DNA of 64,000 nucleotides from Lama guanicoe (lineage: Eukaryota), in contig MU054212.1 of the NCBI GenBank assembly GCA_013239625.1, positions 1,612,001 to 1,676,000 on the forward strand, given 5' to 3'. Under the pieces are notes generated by a model. That model ran no database searches. It saw only the letters and a list, made by a program, of their open reading frames with translations, and was not told the DNA's origin. The translations under genes and the position numbers were made by a program. Within the stretch, counting starts at the first letter, position 1. Each line of letters begins with the position of its first letter. Shown here piece by piece: positions 13,909 through 26,920 of the stretch.

Positions 13909-16900
13909 AGGCACTTCACCAATTCACAAGCTCCTATATAATTTAATTACTTCGGTGGATCTAGAAGAGGTCATGAAGTTGTAGACACCAAGAAGAGACT
14001 AAAAGTTCCAGTGCAAGTTCTAGGTCTTGTGGTACAGTTCATCGAAGTGGTAGTGGGGATGTGGTTCCTTGCTTTGTCTGGCCAAGCCATTTGACAGAGA
14101 TGTCCAAGTATCTCCCTCCATGTGAACAATAATGGCTTAGAATCCATGATAAAGGGTGTGGCTAATCTGAGACACGGAGGTCTCTGTTCTGCTCCCATAA
14201 TAAGAAAATTAAATCTAGAAGATAGTCTTGCCATAGAGTTTAAATAATCCTAAAGCAAAAAGAGAGGGAGAGAGAGAAATTAGCATAGATATCTCTGCCC
14301 TAAAGTTTTCCTAATATAAAGAAAGTTACTTTCTTATTCTGAGCAAGTTCAGGAAAAATAACAGGCCACTCTATAAGCCAGAAATCAAGTCTTTAAAAAC
14401 AAAGTAGAAGCACAATTACTGCTCATTCCGTTGGAAAGCAGCCTCATAGAGGTGCTGGACATTAGTAGAAAAACCTCCAAAACTGCCAGAGGGACTTCAA
14501 AGGACTTAGGCATGGAGAAATAATTCTAGAAGAAGTCTATCAGGACTTATGGATATTTTATTCTACACCTTGCGAAGGGGGACCTGTAGCTGACTTTTTA
14601 TCCAAGAGTCCTTCCTTGTGCCCATTTCGGGAACATACTCTTTTTTGCTGCTGGCACTTGTTATGAGAACTGCTCTCACTAATTAGGTGAGTAAACATAC
14701 TTAAGGCATGAGTCCTGCACCAGGCCAGGGTGGATCATAGTCAGAGTTTGGGATCCTCTTTCGAAAAAAGTGCAGTGCTCATCAGAATGGAATCTGGCTC
14801 AAATAAAAGTTTGTGTGCCTCCGTTCAAGGGCTGGCTGTGGTTTGAGCTGCCTCTGATTTCATCTGACCCTTAGAGGGAAGATAGAGATGCACTACTGTC
14901 TCCGATTTATCATTCTCAATGGGAACTGTGTGGGCAGCTTCCATTACGCCGGGCCAAATTTAGACGAATGAAAAGGTCGACTAAGTAATTATTGATTTTA
15001 TATGTGTGCATAAATTAAAGCATGGAGTCTTTTAGTCACTGCTAAAAATAAGCCTTCTATGGATTGAGTTTGGGAGGCAGAGGGCCTGTGTAACAAGGAT
15101 AAAGCAATAGCCCTGGTGGTAAATCTGTACATTGAATAACTATTTCCTTGTGGTTGTCATGATGGCTCAAGACTTACGTAAGAAATCAGCCAAAGGCACA
15201 TTTTGGGTATCTGTGAGCAGATTGGACAAGGCAAACTAGAGCCATTGTTTCTGTTTCATCGTAAAAATGATATTGGCCATAATCCTTTTAGCAACAAGCT
15301 TTTCTTAAGCAGCAGTGACTTATGAATGCTATTCAGAGAACTAGTCAATATATTAGTTTTCTTTTAATTATGCAGCTGCAGCAGCAAGTCGTGCGTGAGT
15401 TTTATGGAGCTTTGTGAATTTGCCATCGGTTCTGGGAAGCAGAGAATTTACTCGTATACTTTGGAGCAATTTGCTCTGGTTAGAGGAGTGAAACCATATC
15501 CTTCTGTCTTCAAAATGAAGAGCTAGTATTTGAATGGGAAATTCCAAGCATCTAATAATCAAATCAGCCAAGGCTGTTAATTAAAATTGATGAGTATTAA
15601 ACATTTTTGTAACATTCTAGAATGTTGTGCTGCTGGAAAATTACCAGTTGCCTGAAGTTTGCAACTGTTGACCTGATGAGGGTGGGGGAAAGTGGTTATA
15701 AAAGAAGAAAGTGTTTTGTTATCAAACGCCTTATACTTAGGTGAACATTACTTTATAAAGTTTAGAGGTAAGGCCAGCTAAATGGTTTAGCTGTCTTAGT
15801 TTTGCTTAAATTTCAAGGGTTTGAAGTCACTTTATGCGTTACATGTGCATCTTAAATTCTGGATTACAGTCATTCTGTCTCTTCTTGGTTGGTAGTTCCT
15901 GTAATGTGGAGAAGCAAAATGTCTTGATCAGGTGTGACTTGGTATTCTTTAGAGGCAGACATGAGGAGGCAGATTGTTACACTACTTGATCTAACGGGTC
16001 ACAGCAGCTCCAAAACTGAAGAAATGAGGATTGGCACATCAAGGAAGAGGGGTAGCTGAGGGGGAGGGTGGCAGCCTGTGATCAGGAAATACTACCCTCG
16101 GGAATCAGGTTCAGTTCTGCTCCAGGCCCAGTCCTGATCTCAGGGTGGAAGGGCTTTGTGGTCAGCACTAAGTCAGTCTTGCTACCCACTCAGCTGTGAC
16201 CTTGTACTCCAGTTTGCAGAAGATCCAGTCTCCACTTTGTATCCTAATCATGGTAGCCAGGTCCTTGGGCTTGCTCCTTGTGATTCTCAATCTGCCTTGT
16301 CCTTTTAGAACTGAAGTCTTCCATCGTCAGTCCCTGACCCAAAGTCACGAGGTTTGCAGCCTTCCCTGTAGCTTAACTTATCCTGTTGGACTAGATATTG
16401 GCTGTTTCTAGATTTATTCATGTCATCCTTTGAATAGCTGTTGGGACATCCTCTGCTCTTTTGGGGTGTCCATCTTCTCTCTCCCCTGCTTCATGCCAAT
16501 TAATACCCTAGACAAACAGATGTTTATTGTTATACACCTTCCAAACTGCATATCCAACATCTGGTGGAGTGAGTGCACCGTAGAGACATTAGGTAAATAT
16601 TTGGTGAATGAATGAATTTATTCTACCTACCAGCCAGGACTTCATTGCAGTATTTTCTGGCAAAGTCCATCTTCCTAGAAACTGCCTATCTCAAATCACA
16701 CCAGTTTGCGCAGCCTTTCTTGCCCTACCATGAGCTGGGACATAATACCAACATATCATGCATCTGAGATAAGCTCGTGTCATCAACAAGCTGTGTCTTC
16801 AATACCTCTTTCTTCTCTGCAGGCTTTTCAAAATGTCAGCCTGCTCTAATTGCATTTTCTCCATCGCCTCCTGGTTCTCCCTCAGAAACTTTACAAAAAA

Positions 16901-17043
16901 TTCCATTTGGTGGAATTAATTCATACTAAGGTAACAGTGACTAACAATTTGGAGCGGTTAGCTAGTAAGTAAACTTCCAGGTATGGCCCTGGGTTGTAGT
17001 TAGTGGGAACAAGAGGAAGTTCAACCTTAGGCACTAAAGGAAT

Positions 17044-17131
17044 TTTTTTTTTTAATGGAGGTACTGGCGATTGAACCCAGGACCTCATGCAGGCTAAGCA
17101 TTCACTCTACCAATAGCCATATCCATCCCCC
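17044..17131 (-). mobile_element. tRNA-derived camelid SINE (Vic-1-like)
   Basis: The reverse complement reads gggggatggatatggct-attggtagagtgaatgcttagcctgcatgaggtcctgggttcaatcgccagtacctcca + A-tail, with a B box GGTTCAATC. A possible short TSD aaggaat lies at 17037-17043 and 17135-17141. Confidence 0.85.
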
Positions 17132-17144
17132 ATGAAGGAATATT

Positions 17145-17340
17145 TTAAAAAACTAGAGATATTTAGCTTGGAAGAAAACCATCTTAGGGAGGTCACAGCA
17201 GCTATTTTCAAGTATCTATACATACATGTCTGATGTGTAAAAGGCAGAATATGTCGATATTGCGCAAAGAAGAACTGGTGATGATCTGCCCTGAGGGGAA
17301 GAGAGTACACTGTTCTTGGAAGCTAACTTCTCTCTAGACT
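17145..17340 (+). mobile_element. CR1/L3 LINE 3' remnant
   Basis: 'tttagcttggaagaaaaccatcttagggaggtcacagcagctattttcaagtatcta' translates FSLEENHLREVTAAIFKYL. This resembles the CR1 ORF2 C-terminal 'FSLEKRRLRGD...FKYL' motif. Confidence 0.65.
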
Positions 17341-17629
17341 GGAAGGCAGGCCAGGGCAGAATGGGGGGAGAAGCCTGGCCACAGTTGGTGGCATGTGATA
17401 ACGACATGGTGGACCCCTGGTTCCAGACCTTTTTCACCTCAAGTAAGAGTAAAAACTTGAAATGAATCTCACCGAGAGCATTTCCCGAGCTGGGCCTCAT
17501 CCTGCCTGCTGTTTGCCATCTTTCCTGTCTTAAGTGGTGTTTCTCAGTATTTGCTTTTATAGCAAATGGAACTTGTGACTGATTGTGGCTGCTTCCTTTG
17601 TCTAATTAGAGTAATCGCATTCCATGTGC

Positions 17630-18000
17630 CAAAAGTTGATTTAAGAAACAGGCACGTGTGGTACAATCCTGGCCCCTGCTTTTGAGGGGAAGTCGTCATA
17701 GGGTAGGATAGTGGTTCTTGGAAGGGTTTTCTATCTTCTAAGAAAGGAAGAATCTGTATTGTTCCCCTGGAAGTTGTCGTTTCAGGATAGGAAGCCTGGA
17801 ACTTCAGAAACAGTCTTTACTTGGCTTGTAGTTGAAGCCAGAAGAACCAGGATACTGGGCTGTCTATAATGAGTCACTAACTGAGTCATTCAATTCTGGG
17901 TGGTTCTACTTCTGGACCTTCTTCTTTTCTGATACATTTCCTTATTTCTTTAAAGGCAATTTGTGTCAAGTTCTGATACTTGCATCCCAAACTATCTTTT
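17630..18000 (+). mobile_element. MaLR solo LTR, old MLT1 group
   Basis: 3' end 'ctacttctggaccttc...tttccttatttctttaaaggcaatttgtgtcaagttctgatacttgcatcccaaac'. Confidence 0.6.
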
Positions 18001-19544
18001 CTGGGATAGGGAGGTTTCTTTGACTTCTTTGAAAATGATGAAAGAAAGAAAACCTGTGTTAAGAAGCAAGTACAACTTTTGAATTAGGTGGATTCTCACC
18101 ATACTGTGGCTGGTCAGACTTCTGTCTTCTAAGAAGCTTGTGTCATTTCCTTTGTTCTTCCTTATGGGGAAGTCAGGAAATTATTCTAATCATACTCATC
18201 ATATTCTAATCATACCATGGTTGTGATATGTGTCTCTAGTAGTTGCCTTTAAATCAGTATTTAGAGTAAAATAAAATTGAGTCAAGCAAAGCACCAAATG
18301 CAAGCAGCCCATCATGAAGACACTGGCTCACTCTCAGCCCATGCCACTCAGGGCCATGGCCAGCTGATTTTTCTGCACTATGGAGAGCGAGGCTCAGAGG
18401 GTGACCTCTTTTCCACCCAACCCCTGCCCCCGGGGTCCTGGTCAGAGTAAGACACTGTTGAATATTCTGGATCGTCTAACTCAATGTGAAAAACATCTCT
18501 GCTAAGTCTTGGCTTTCTAAGAATGTGGACTGTCAATAAGATGATGGCTTTGAAAGGGCCTTGCAAATTGTAATGTGCTGGGCACATTGAAGACAATTAT
18601 TGGGAGTGTTGAGGAGAGATGAAATTCTAGATTTGGTCTAAGAGAGAAAAAACAGCCTTGATTTAAGCAAGGATCTAGAATCACTTCTCTTCTAGCTGAT
18701 GATTCAGGTAAGGATTTATGGAGCTCCCTCTTTGACAAGAGAATAAGGTGTCTTACCTGAATTAACAAAGGGCCACTAGGAAGGTAGGGGGCTTGGCTCC
18801 AGCATCAGGGATGGGTTGGAGTTACTGACTGCTGGTACATCTCTATACACAGTTCACAATCCCGCTGCATCGTGTCACATCTGATACGGTATAATGCGAT
18901 GTGACTAATGTAATCAGATGTGAAGTGCACTACAGCAACATGTCAAGTCATACAATTTGAAAAGAGAAATAGGTTTCTCTCTAAATCATGGTTGGGTTAT
19001 TTCTCTCAGCCAGAGGGCTCTGTTTTCAGCATAGAGAGTTCTCTGTGTTGACCTTCTGGCCGAGGGCATATGCCAAGAGGGCTGTCTTTCCTGAAGGTGG
19101 TGACCCTGGGCACGTGAGCTGGAGCCTCATGTACTGGCCCCCACCTGCCTTTCAAATCAACATGCCTCACCTCTTCCCCACAACAAGGTATTCACTCCAG
19201 AGGTGTGTGCTATAAGCTGCTGATGGCTCAGAAAATGAAAGATAGTCCAACAATTTCACAAAGGATTAGGGAACTAATCAGGTTCCCAAGGAGGAATTTT
19301 TAGGACCCAAAGTGGCTGAACAGAGGGAGTCATTCAAATACGTGTACAATTTTTCATAGCTAATGTGGATACACAATTTTTGATCTGTCAACTTTCTTTA
19401 TAAGCTTCCTGTACATAGCAGGGTGGGTGATCCTTGTGACCTTGTCTCATTAACAAGGATGAATTCCAGGAAAGGACTCTCTGTGGCTGGGTTTAGTGGA
19501 GACGTCCAGTCTCTTCCTCTTCTGTCCCAGGTGGGCCATGGTGC

Positions 19545-19650
19545 ATGTGTGTTCTCTCTCAGTCTCTTTCTCTCTTTCTCTGTCTCTGTCTCCCCACTGC
19601 TTCCTCTCTCCACTCTCACCCCCTCCCTCCCTCTACCTTCTTCTGTCCCA
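19545..19650. repeat. CT-rich low-complexity tract
   Basis: Degenerate (TC)n/(TCTG)n seen directly. Confidence 0.8.
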
Positions 19651-21139
19651 CACATTTACATTTCTAAGATGTCAGTAATGGTTTAAGAACCACAGAGAAA
19701 CTTCAAAAGAATGGCTGAGGCAATTCTATCAAATACCGTGACTTGATCAGTGGTCTGTGGAATTACTATATGTAAGCACACAAAAGAGGGGCTGCTCTGT
19801 ATGAAGCCGGTGCAGGGAGGTACCCAGGCCCCATTTTCATCCTCAGTTTGCAAACCACTGCCCTAGATATAGAATTAGAGACCCCAGAAGTTCAAAGATG
19901 AAAGACCATTTAACTTTTTCAAGGCACAGTTGTGGAAGTGAGCCCAGAGATGAGCAGGTGCCTCCGAGGATCCCAGGTTAAGCTGGGACTAGAACTTGGA
20001 GCTCCAGGCCTCCCGGTTCAGTCCTGTGGGCTTCGTGCTCTGGAGACTTCAGCTGTCTCTCACTGTCCCTCTGGCAGATGAGGAGGCAGCAGGATAAAGC
20101 CTGTTCCTTCCATGGACCCATCCCCACCCTGGCCCCCTTCTTCACACATTCTTTCATCAGAGAGCACAGCTGCCCTGAAGGAGGTGCAGTGAAAGGCTGG
20201 CTGATTTACTCAGGGCTTTCTATAGAATTGTCAACCAGCTGGATTTTGTCCATCACTTCCGTTGACCTTTCATTTTTCTCTCTTTCATGCCTCCCCCACC
20301 TCACTGTGTTTTCCCATCCCGAATCCGCCTGCCTGCCCAAGTCATTTCCTCGGCAGGGCTGCGCCCACTCAGTGAGCAGCCCTCTCAAGTCTTAGCCCTG
20401 CCCTGACCTTCCCTTGGCCCCTCCCTCCCCTCCATTAAATTCCCTCTCTCCTATGTACCATTTTATAGGACCCTGCCCTTTGCTCAGTGATAGCTGGCTA
20501 ATATGAGAAACTAATCTGTTTTAATGTTTTAATGTGTTACCACTCACTAGCCACTGCTAGCGACTTAATGAGATTTTGAGTTTTACTTGCCTAATTCAGG
20601 TCCTCTATTCAATTATAAACTCAGTGAGGGGGAAGTGCTGTTCGCTATTGAATAGTGCTGGACTCTGAGTGCCTGATACCGATGCTGTGGGATGAATGAG
20701 AGGGCTGGGGACCTAGGTGGCTGGACCTGAGGTAAACAAATACTAGGACAAAGATGTTTTTCAGGAGATGCCAGTAAAAGAGGTTGACAAGAGAAACTGG
20801 CAAGTCCCTCCAAAAAAAGAGTTTAAAAATAACCATAGAGGATAAATTAACTCACTCAAGAAAGTTTGCTTTAACTAAAACAGCAGCAGTGACAAAAACA
20901 ATAATACCGCAAATCAACTTCGTAGTGCCCAAAGCTGGTCCTGAAATCACAGGGTTCTGTGGGACCTCCCACTATCTTCTGGGACGAAGTTTGCCTCTAA
21001 AAGTCCAAAGAAAAAATGTGTACAAAATATATGTGTTATTAAAGCCCTTGGGGGCTGCAGACACATTAGCTGCAGGCTTGGCAAGTGCAATTTCTTGCAA
21101 AGTGAAATACAAGGAACTGAAGGGTCTAGAGTCACACCA

Positions 21140-21285
21140 TCCAATAGGACTTTCTGTGATGGAAACGTTTCTACTTTGCCCCATTCAAGACAGTAGCCTT
21201 TAGTGCCAGGTAACTACTGAGCACCTGAATGTGGCTATTGTGACAGAGAACCTGAATTTTTCTTTTCACTTAATTTTATTTCATG
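21140..21285. mobile_element. hAT-Charlie MITE (MER3-like)
   Basis: 'ccaataggactttctgtgatggaaacgtttcta...ctactgagcacctgaatgtggctattgtgacagagaacctgaattttt'. Confidence 0.7.
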
Positions 21286-21344
21286 AAGTAACAAAACTTC
21301 ATATTAAAAATCAAATTTCCACATATTATTTAAAGAACCTTACA

Positions 21345-21650
21345 TTTGAAGAGTGGTCTGTGGATTAGGAATACATACTGGCATCGTGGAAAAGCTTATT
21401 AGAAGTGCAGAGTCTCAGGCCCACCCCAAAACTACTGATTCTGCATTTTCCTGGGTGAATCTTAGACTCATTAAATTTTGATATGTTCCTCTCTAGAGCA
21501 ATGATTCTCATCCCTGTTAGAATCAACTGGAGGATAAGAATCACCTAAAAGGTTTTTAAACCATTCTGATGCTCAGACTCCACCATGTGAAACTCTGGTG
21601 GGAAAGTGTAGGTATCAGAATCTTCAGTGGCACACATCCATCTGAGGAAG
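21345..21650. mobile_element. MER5-like hAT MITE fragments (probably two adjacent)
   Basis: 'cttattagaagtgcagagtctcaggcccaccccaaaactactgattctgcatttt' and 'gcaatgattctca...gaatcacc...ctgatgctcagactccacc'. Confidence 0.6.
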
Positions 21651-23169
21651 GACTGCTCCTCAGAATTTATGTAAGGAATTTATAAAGTTTGCAGTAAACA
21701 TGCAATGAAAAGGAATCCAATGGCACTTAAAAACATAGACAGCTTTACATGAAAGAGCCGCAGTATGCACATAGCTCTGCAATGGCACACTGAGAAGGGA
21801 TGAACATAGCTCTTGTGTCTAAAATACTGTCTGTACGGCTCAGAACCAGTTCTCAAGCCATGAGAAGTAGTCAGTCTCTTAACCTGGGAGACCTGCTGTT
21901 GGTTTGGGAAGCTATGGGTCCACACCTGTGTGACATTACAGCTGAGGAACATTGTTAGTTACAGGAACCTAGGATTGTTCCTTCAAGGGTGGGATCTGGT
22001 CAATTTAGAGTTTGACCAAAAGGAATAAAAAACAGGATAATGATAAGTAATGCTTACTTAACAAGCAGAAATCCTTACACAGGCCTGGACTCATCAGAAA
22101 GGATGGTAAACTGAACTATAAGCTGCAATCAGAGGTGAAGACTTAAAGTCCATTTATGAGCTAGTCAGGGAAGAACTGAGAAGAAAATGCAGCGTCCAGC
22201 TGATGGCCCACCCTAATATGGGCAGAATGCAATGAACTTGGTCAAAGACTACAGAGAAGGTTGAAGCTGGGAAAGCTGTCCAGAGGTGGGGAGTGAAAGA
22301 ACTTAGTGGTCAATAGTGAAGCTCACATCCAAGCAAAATTCTCAGAGCAGATGCAAATAGATAGAGTGTTGAGGCAAGCCTGCGTAACACAGAAATACTG
22401 TGAACAATGACTGGCTTCCTTGGCTTTGGCCAGTCAGAGGCTGCAAGGCTCAAAGGCTGCTGGGACTCAGCAGTTCCCAAATGGACAACTCCCTCCCCAA
22501 GCTGTGAATGGTTCTGCCCAAGAATAAAACTAGGGAGGCATAAAATATTGGAGATCCAGGGACTGGAGTGCACATTTACTCCAACTTCTCGTCTGGTTTC
22601 ATGGTGGACCTCGTGGATCAGAAGATCCCACCCTGACTGGGTTCCTACTGGAGGTCTAAATGCCCTTGAAGTCTGAGCCTTAGCCTTGACCCATTTGTGT
22701 CTGACTTGTTTTGTTAACTTGAAGCCTACTCACAACTGTGTGGGAAGGCTGCTTCCACCCATAGGTTTCAGGAGAACATCAGGGCCTACTCTCATTAGTG
22801 ACCGAACCTCCTCTGCATCCCTTCTGAGGCTTGTTTCCTCTACAAAATCCTCTGCTTTAGGCAAATGAATATCTATTCATAGTTGTTCAGTGGGTACCTC
22901 ATGAACTTTCTTGGCTTCTCACATTTGTTCAAAGACCTTTCTGGTGTCTCTGGGTCTGATCAATCTTTTTAAGATCCAGCTTAAATTCCAGCTTCTACAA
23001 GAAGTCTTCTTGATCACTCCAGTCTTCTACCCTTTTTGAGTCATGTGTAATAAAACCATTCTGAACACCACGGGGTATCAGCAACTAGTGTAATTGACAT
23101 GTTGAGTAAGGAAGGCTCATGAGGAATTATCAGAAAGTCATTTACTTTTCTCCCTCCCAGACCTTGTCA

Positions 23170-23560
23170 GTTTGTATTTATTAACCTGTTCACTGAATAC
23201 ATATTCATTGAATGCTTTCTGGGTCCTAGGCATCACTCTAGGAACTGGAGATGCAGTAGTGAACAAAATAGACAAAAATAAGTGCATCTGTGGAGCTTAT
23301 AGTCTAGTGGAGGTGTTGAAGCATGTAAGCGCAACATTTAGTATGCTGGATAAAGAAAAGTACTAAGGGGTAAAATAAAGCAGGAAAAAGAAACGAGGTG
23401 TTAGCACTTTTAGACAGCGTAGCTAGATAAGGCCTCACTGAGGAGATGCCTTCTGATTAATGACCTGAAAGAAACAAGGATGCTGCCTCATAGTCACCTG
23501 GTGAAGAGGTAACCCAGGGAAGGGGAACAGCAAGTGCAAAGGCTCTGAGGTGGGACTCGT
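23170..23560 (-). mobile_element. LINE-2 (L2) 3' end
   Basis: 'tattcattgaatgctttctgggtcctaggcatcactctaggaactggagatgcagtagtgaacaaaatagac...ggaacagcaagtgcaaaggctctgaggtgggA'. Confidence 0.8.
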
Positions 23561-24959
23561 TGTGTTACAAGGTGGCAAAGACAGTCCCTAGGCTTGGTAG
23601 CATTTCAAGCTGGCCCTTTCTCTCAGCGCACATTTTTGTCTGGTCTTAAGAGTTGTCCCCAGTTGCCCTGATATGGGGAACACATCTCTTCTAGGTTGCT
23701 TATGGTTCTTTGCTTCAGCCCCAGGAATCCCATGGTTCCTCCCCCTTCCCCTTATTGGTGACACTACAACCTTCCAAGCAGCCCTCTTGGTCAGTCTGTG
23801 ATGATCTCATGCTAGCAGAGCAGTAGCCTGCCAGGCTCTGGCCTTCAGAGTTTCTAAGCTTCACTCAGACATCATCCCAGTGAGTCCTTAACCTATTTGC
23901 GTGGATGCATTAAGCATCTGGGCGGTCCTATGAAAGGCCCTTTGCTTAGGATTGAGATAAAGGGCAGATACCCTCCATGCCTTCCTTATTTGGTGGAAAG
24001 GCCGGAAAGTTTGGTGGTTCTTTTAATCACCCAAGTTTTTCCTCCAGCCTCTTCAGTTTCTTTTTTCCAGCTGAAGTTGGGAAATCAGCAAAGGATCACA
24101 GAATGTTTTCATAACTTGCTGTTGTAAATCTTGCTTGGTGGTCTCAAACCTCATTTTTAAATAAGACATGTATTTGGTGGGGAGGCCTCAGTTGAGACTG
24201 AGCTTAAATGTTGCCAATTAATGTTACAAGAATATGTTTGGATGCCTGCAAATGGTGGTGGTGACTAGTACACAGCTGACTACTGCACACAGCTTCTCTG
24301 CAGCAATTACTACCCTTACCACGCATGTAGCACGTAATACATATTGCTTTGAGTTGCTGTTTATTTTAGATTAATATTTAGTTATAAAGCCATACTCCAA
24401 TAAATTATCTATATAAGTATTTAAAATATTTTACATACCATTGAATCAATTTACATCCTCTAGAAATACACAAAATTCATTATTTTTATACAGATTTTTG
24501 TTATTTAATAATTTTATTCATACTTTCTTCACCTTTAGCTGTTGTTCTAGTCCCTCAGCTCACCAATCACAGCATTTGTGAATACCCAATAATTCTAGCA
24601 CACAGTGGTGCTTAATAACTGCTTGGTAATGGGGATGATGTGCTTCTGGGCATATAAAATCTGATGACTAAGTAGATGTAGGAGTTGAAATCACATTTCA
24701 ACACAATCATATCATTAAATTCTCTTTTTATACAAAAAAATATAAAAATATGTTATTACTTTCTGCTGCTTTGACCCCAGAGTTGCTTGTTTCTTAGATA
24801 TTTACCTGCAGTTTAGTGGCACTGGTACGTCAGTCCTGGTCTGTGGTTGTCAAAGAAAAGTTAAATATTGAGACTGATTTGAGAGTGCATTTTCTGCTTT
24901 TGTTTACTTGATCATGCATCTATTTGTTAAAACATTTTGTTATTTCTGGTTTAATATCT

Positions 24960-26920
24960 GATGTGCAGAGAGCTTTGAAGTTGCCACTGACATCCTTACA
25001 ACAAGAAAAAAGCTGGACAACACTGAAAACCAATAACATTTTTTTATTCTCTTCAGAAAACTGAGGTTGCAGGGCAAACTTCTGCCCTGAAATCTAGCAA
25101 GACAGGCAAATCCAGAGAGACACAGCTGAGATCGGTTTACCTGGAGCTGTAAAGTGGTACAAATGCTCAAATAGTAATTTTGATGAATTGCTAGAGGCTA
25201 GGTGTGGACTAGCATGAGAATAAGAAATTCCCGGGGACTGAAGTCTTGGGAGGCCCCACACTTTTGTGGGCTTTACCTCTAGAGACCCTAGCAGGTTCTC
25301 ACCGTTAAGATCTGAGAAAGAGCCCCTCATGGCTCTGGCAGAGTAATCATCGTGACATACACGGAGAGACTTCTGCATAACAAAGGCGTACTCTTCCAGG
25401 GGAAGGGCTTTACTAGTGCTATATCCCAGTTGAGGAAGGACATCCCCATTGCAGCACCCTCTAGACTTCCTGTTTCACCTAACAGGGTGGGGGCAAGGAA
25501 CTTACTCAACAGGGGTCAGAGTTTCATGGAAATAAATTGGAGATTTGCATTCAGAGAAGGGAGCAGAGATCAGGTGGGAAAAAGTTAAACCTCTGGACAA
25601 TCATCTGTGAAGGTCACAGCCTCAAGACACACACCCACTAAAACATTTAGATTTAGTTGTAAGATTATAGAATGTTCCCTCTCCCCATTCCTTCCTGCCA
25701 CGCCAACAGGGCTCCAGTAATAACAGCTGATAGAGCTGCAAGACACAGACTCTCTGAAGAGTAGTCCTTAAGGAAGCCCAAAGTGAAGAGGAAGGACCAG
25801 AACAAGGACGCTAGGGGAATTTGACTCTTTGGCACTTACAGCTACTGAAAACATTAAACACAGCCTAACTCCCAGCCAGATTAACATAAAGTCTGACGCT
25901 GAAGGCTTACTTACTTCATTTCCTATTATTTAATGCAACATATTCTGCTTTCAACCAAAAATTACAAGGTGTGCTAAAAAGCAAGTAAAAATACAGTCAA
26001 AGAGACAAAGAAATCATCAGAACCAGATTTGGGTGTGACACTGATGTTGGAATGATCCGACAGGGCATTTAAATAACTATGACTAGTATATTAAGGGGTC
26101 TAATGGAAAAAGTAAACACTACAAAAAAAGATGGGTGATATAAGCAAAGAGATGGAAATGCTAAGAGAGAATCAAAAGGAAATGCTAGAAATAAAAAACA
26201 CCATAAGAGAAACAAAGGATGCTTTCACTGAATTCATCAGTAGACTCAGGACAGCCTGGGAAAGAATCAGTGAGCTGAAGATGATAAAATGCAAACAGAA
26301 AGGAATGAACCCCCCCTCTCCCGCTCTGAACATCCAAGATCTATGGGACACATTCAAAAGGTGTAACATGCCCAGGAGAAGAACGAGAGGACAGAGCAGA
26401 AAAAATATTTGAAGTGATAATGGCTGAGAACTTTCCAAAATTAATGACACATCAAACCACAGATCCCAAAAAGCCCGGAGAACAACCATCAGGATGAAAC
26501 AACAAAACAAAACAAAGCAAAGCAAAGCAAAAAGCCTACACTTAAGCATATCATTCAAATATGAGAAAACCAAAGACAAATCTTGAAAGAAGCAAGAAGG
26601 CGAAAAAACACCTTACATCTAGAGGAAGAAGGATAAGAAATACAATGGACTTCTCATCAGACACCATACATGCAAGAAGAGTGTGGAATAAAATATTTAA
26701 GGTGTTAAAAGAAACGGACTACCAACCTGGGATTCTGTATCTGGCAAAATTTTCATTCAAAAGTGAAGGTGAAATAAAGACCTCAGACAAAACTGGGGGA
26801 ATTTATCACCAGCAAGTCTTCCCTGCAAGCAATGGTAAAAGAAGTTCTTCAGCAGAAGGAAAATGATATAGATCAGAAACAAGGATCTATATAAAGAAGA
26901 GTGTCAGAAGAGGAATAAAT
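24960..26920 (+). mobile_element. Old LINE-1 5'UTR + disrupted ORF1 (no ORF2 following)
   Basis: ORF 26131-26412 is a coiled-coil-like L1 ORF1p segment (KEMEMLRENQKEMLEIKNTI). ORF 26561-26866 gives 'IRNTMDFSSDTIHARRVWNKIFKVLKETDYQPGILYLAKFSFKSEGEIKT', the ORF1p C-terminal domain. Frameshifted. Confidence 0.85.

Noticed and set aside
14530..14692. Putative coding exon ending at the consensus donor ag|gtgagt (GT at 14687)
   Set aside because: The longest frame hits TGA before the donor and I saw no convincing acceptor.
18182..18215. Direct repeat tattctaatcatac x2 (similar micro-repeats near 8201-8245 and 10333-10357)
   Set aside because: Ordinary slippage-scale micro-duplications with no further structure.
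20784..21203. 139-aa Lys/Thr-rich ORF
   Set aside because: TTG start, the 3' end runs into a MER3-like MITE, and there is no recognisable homology or exon structure.
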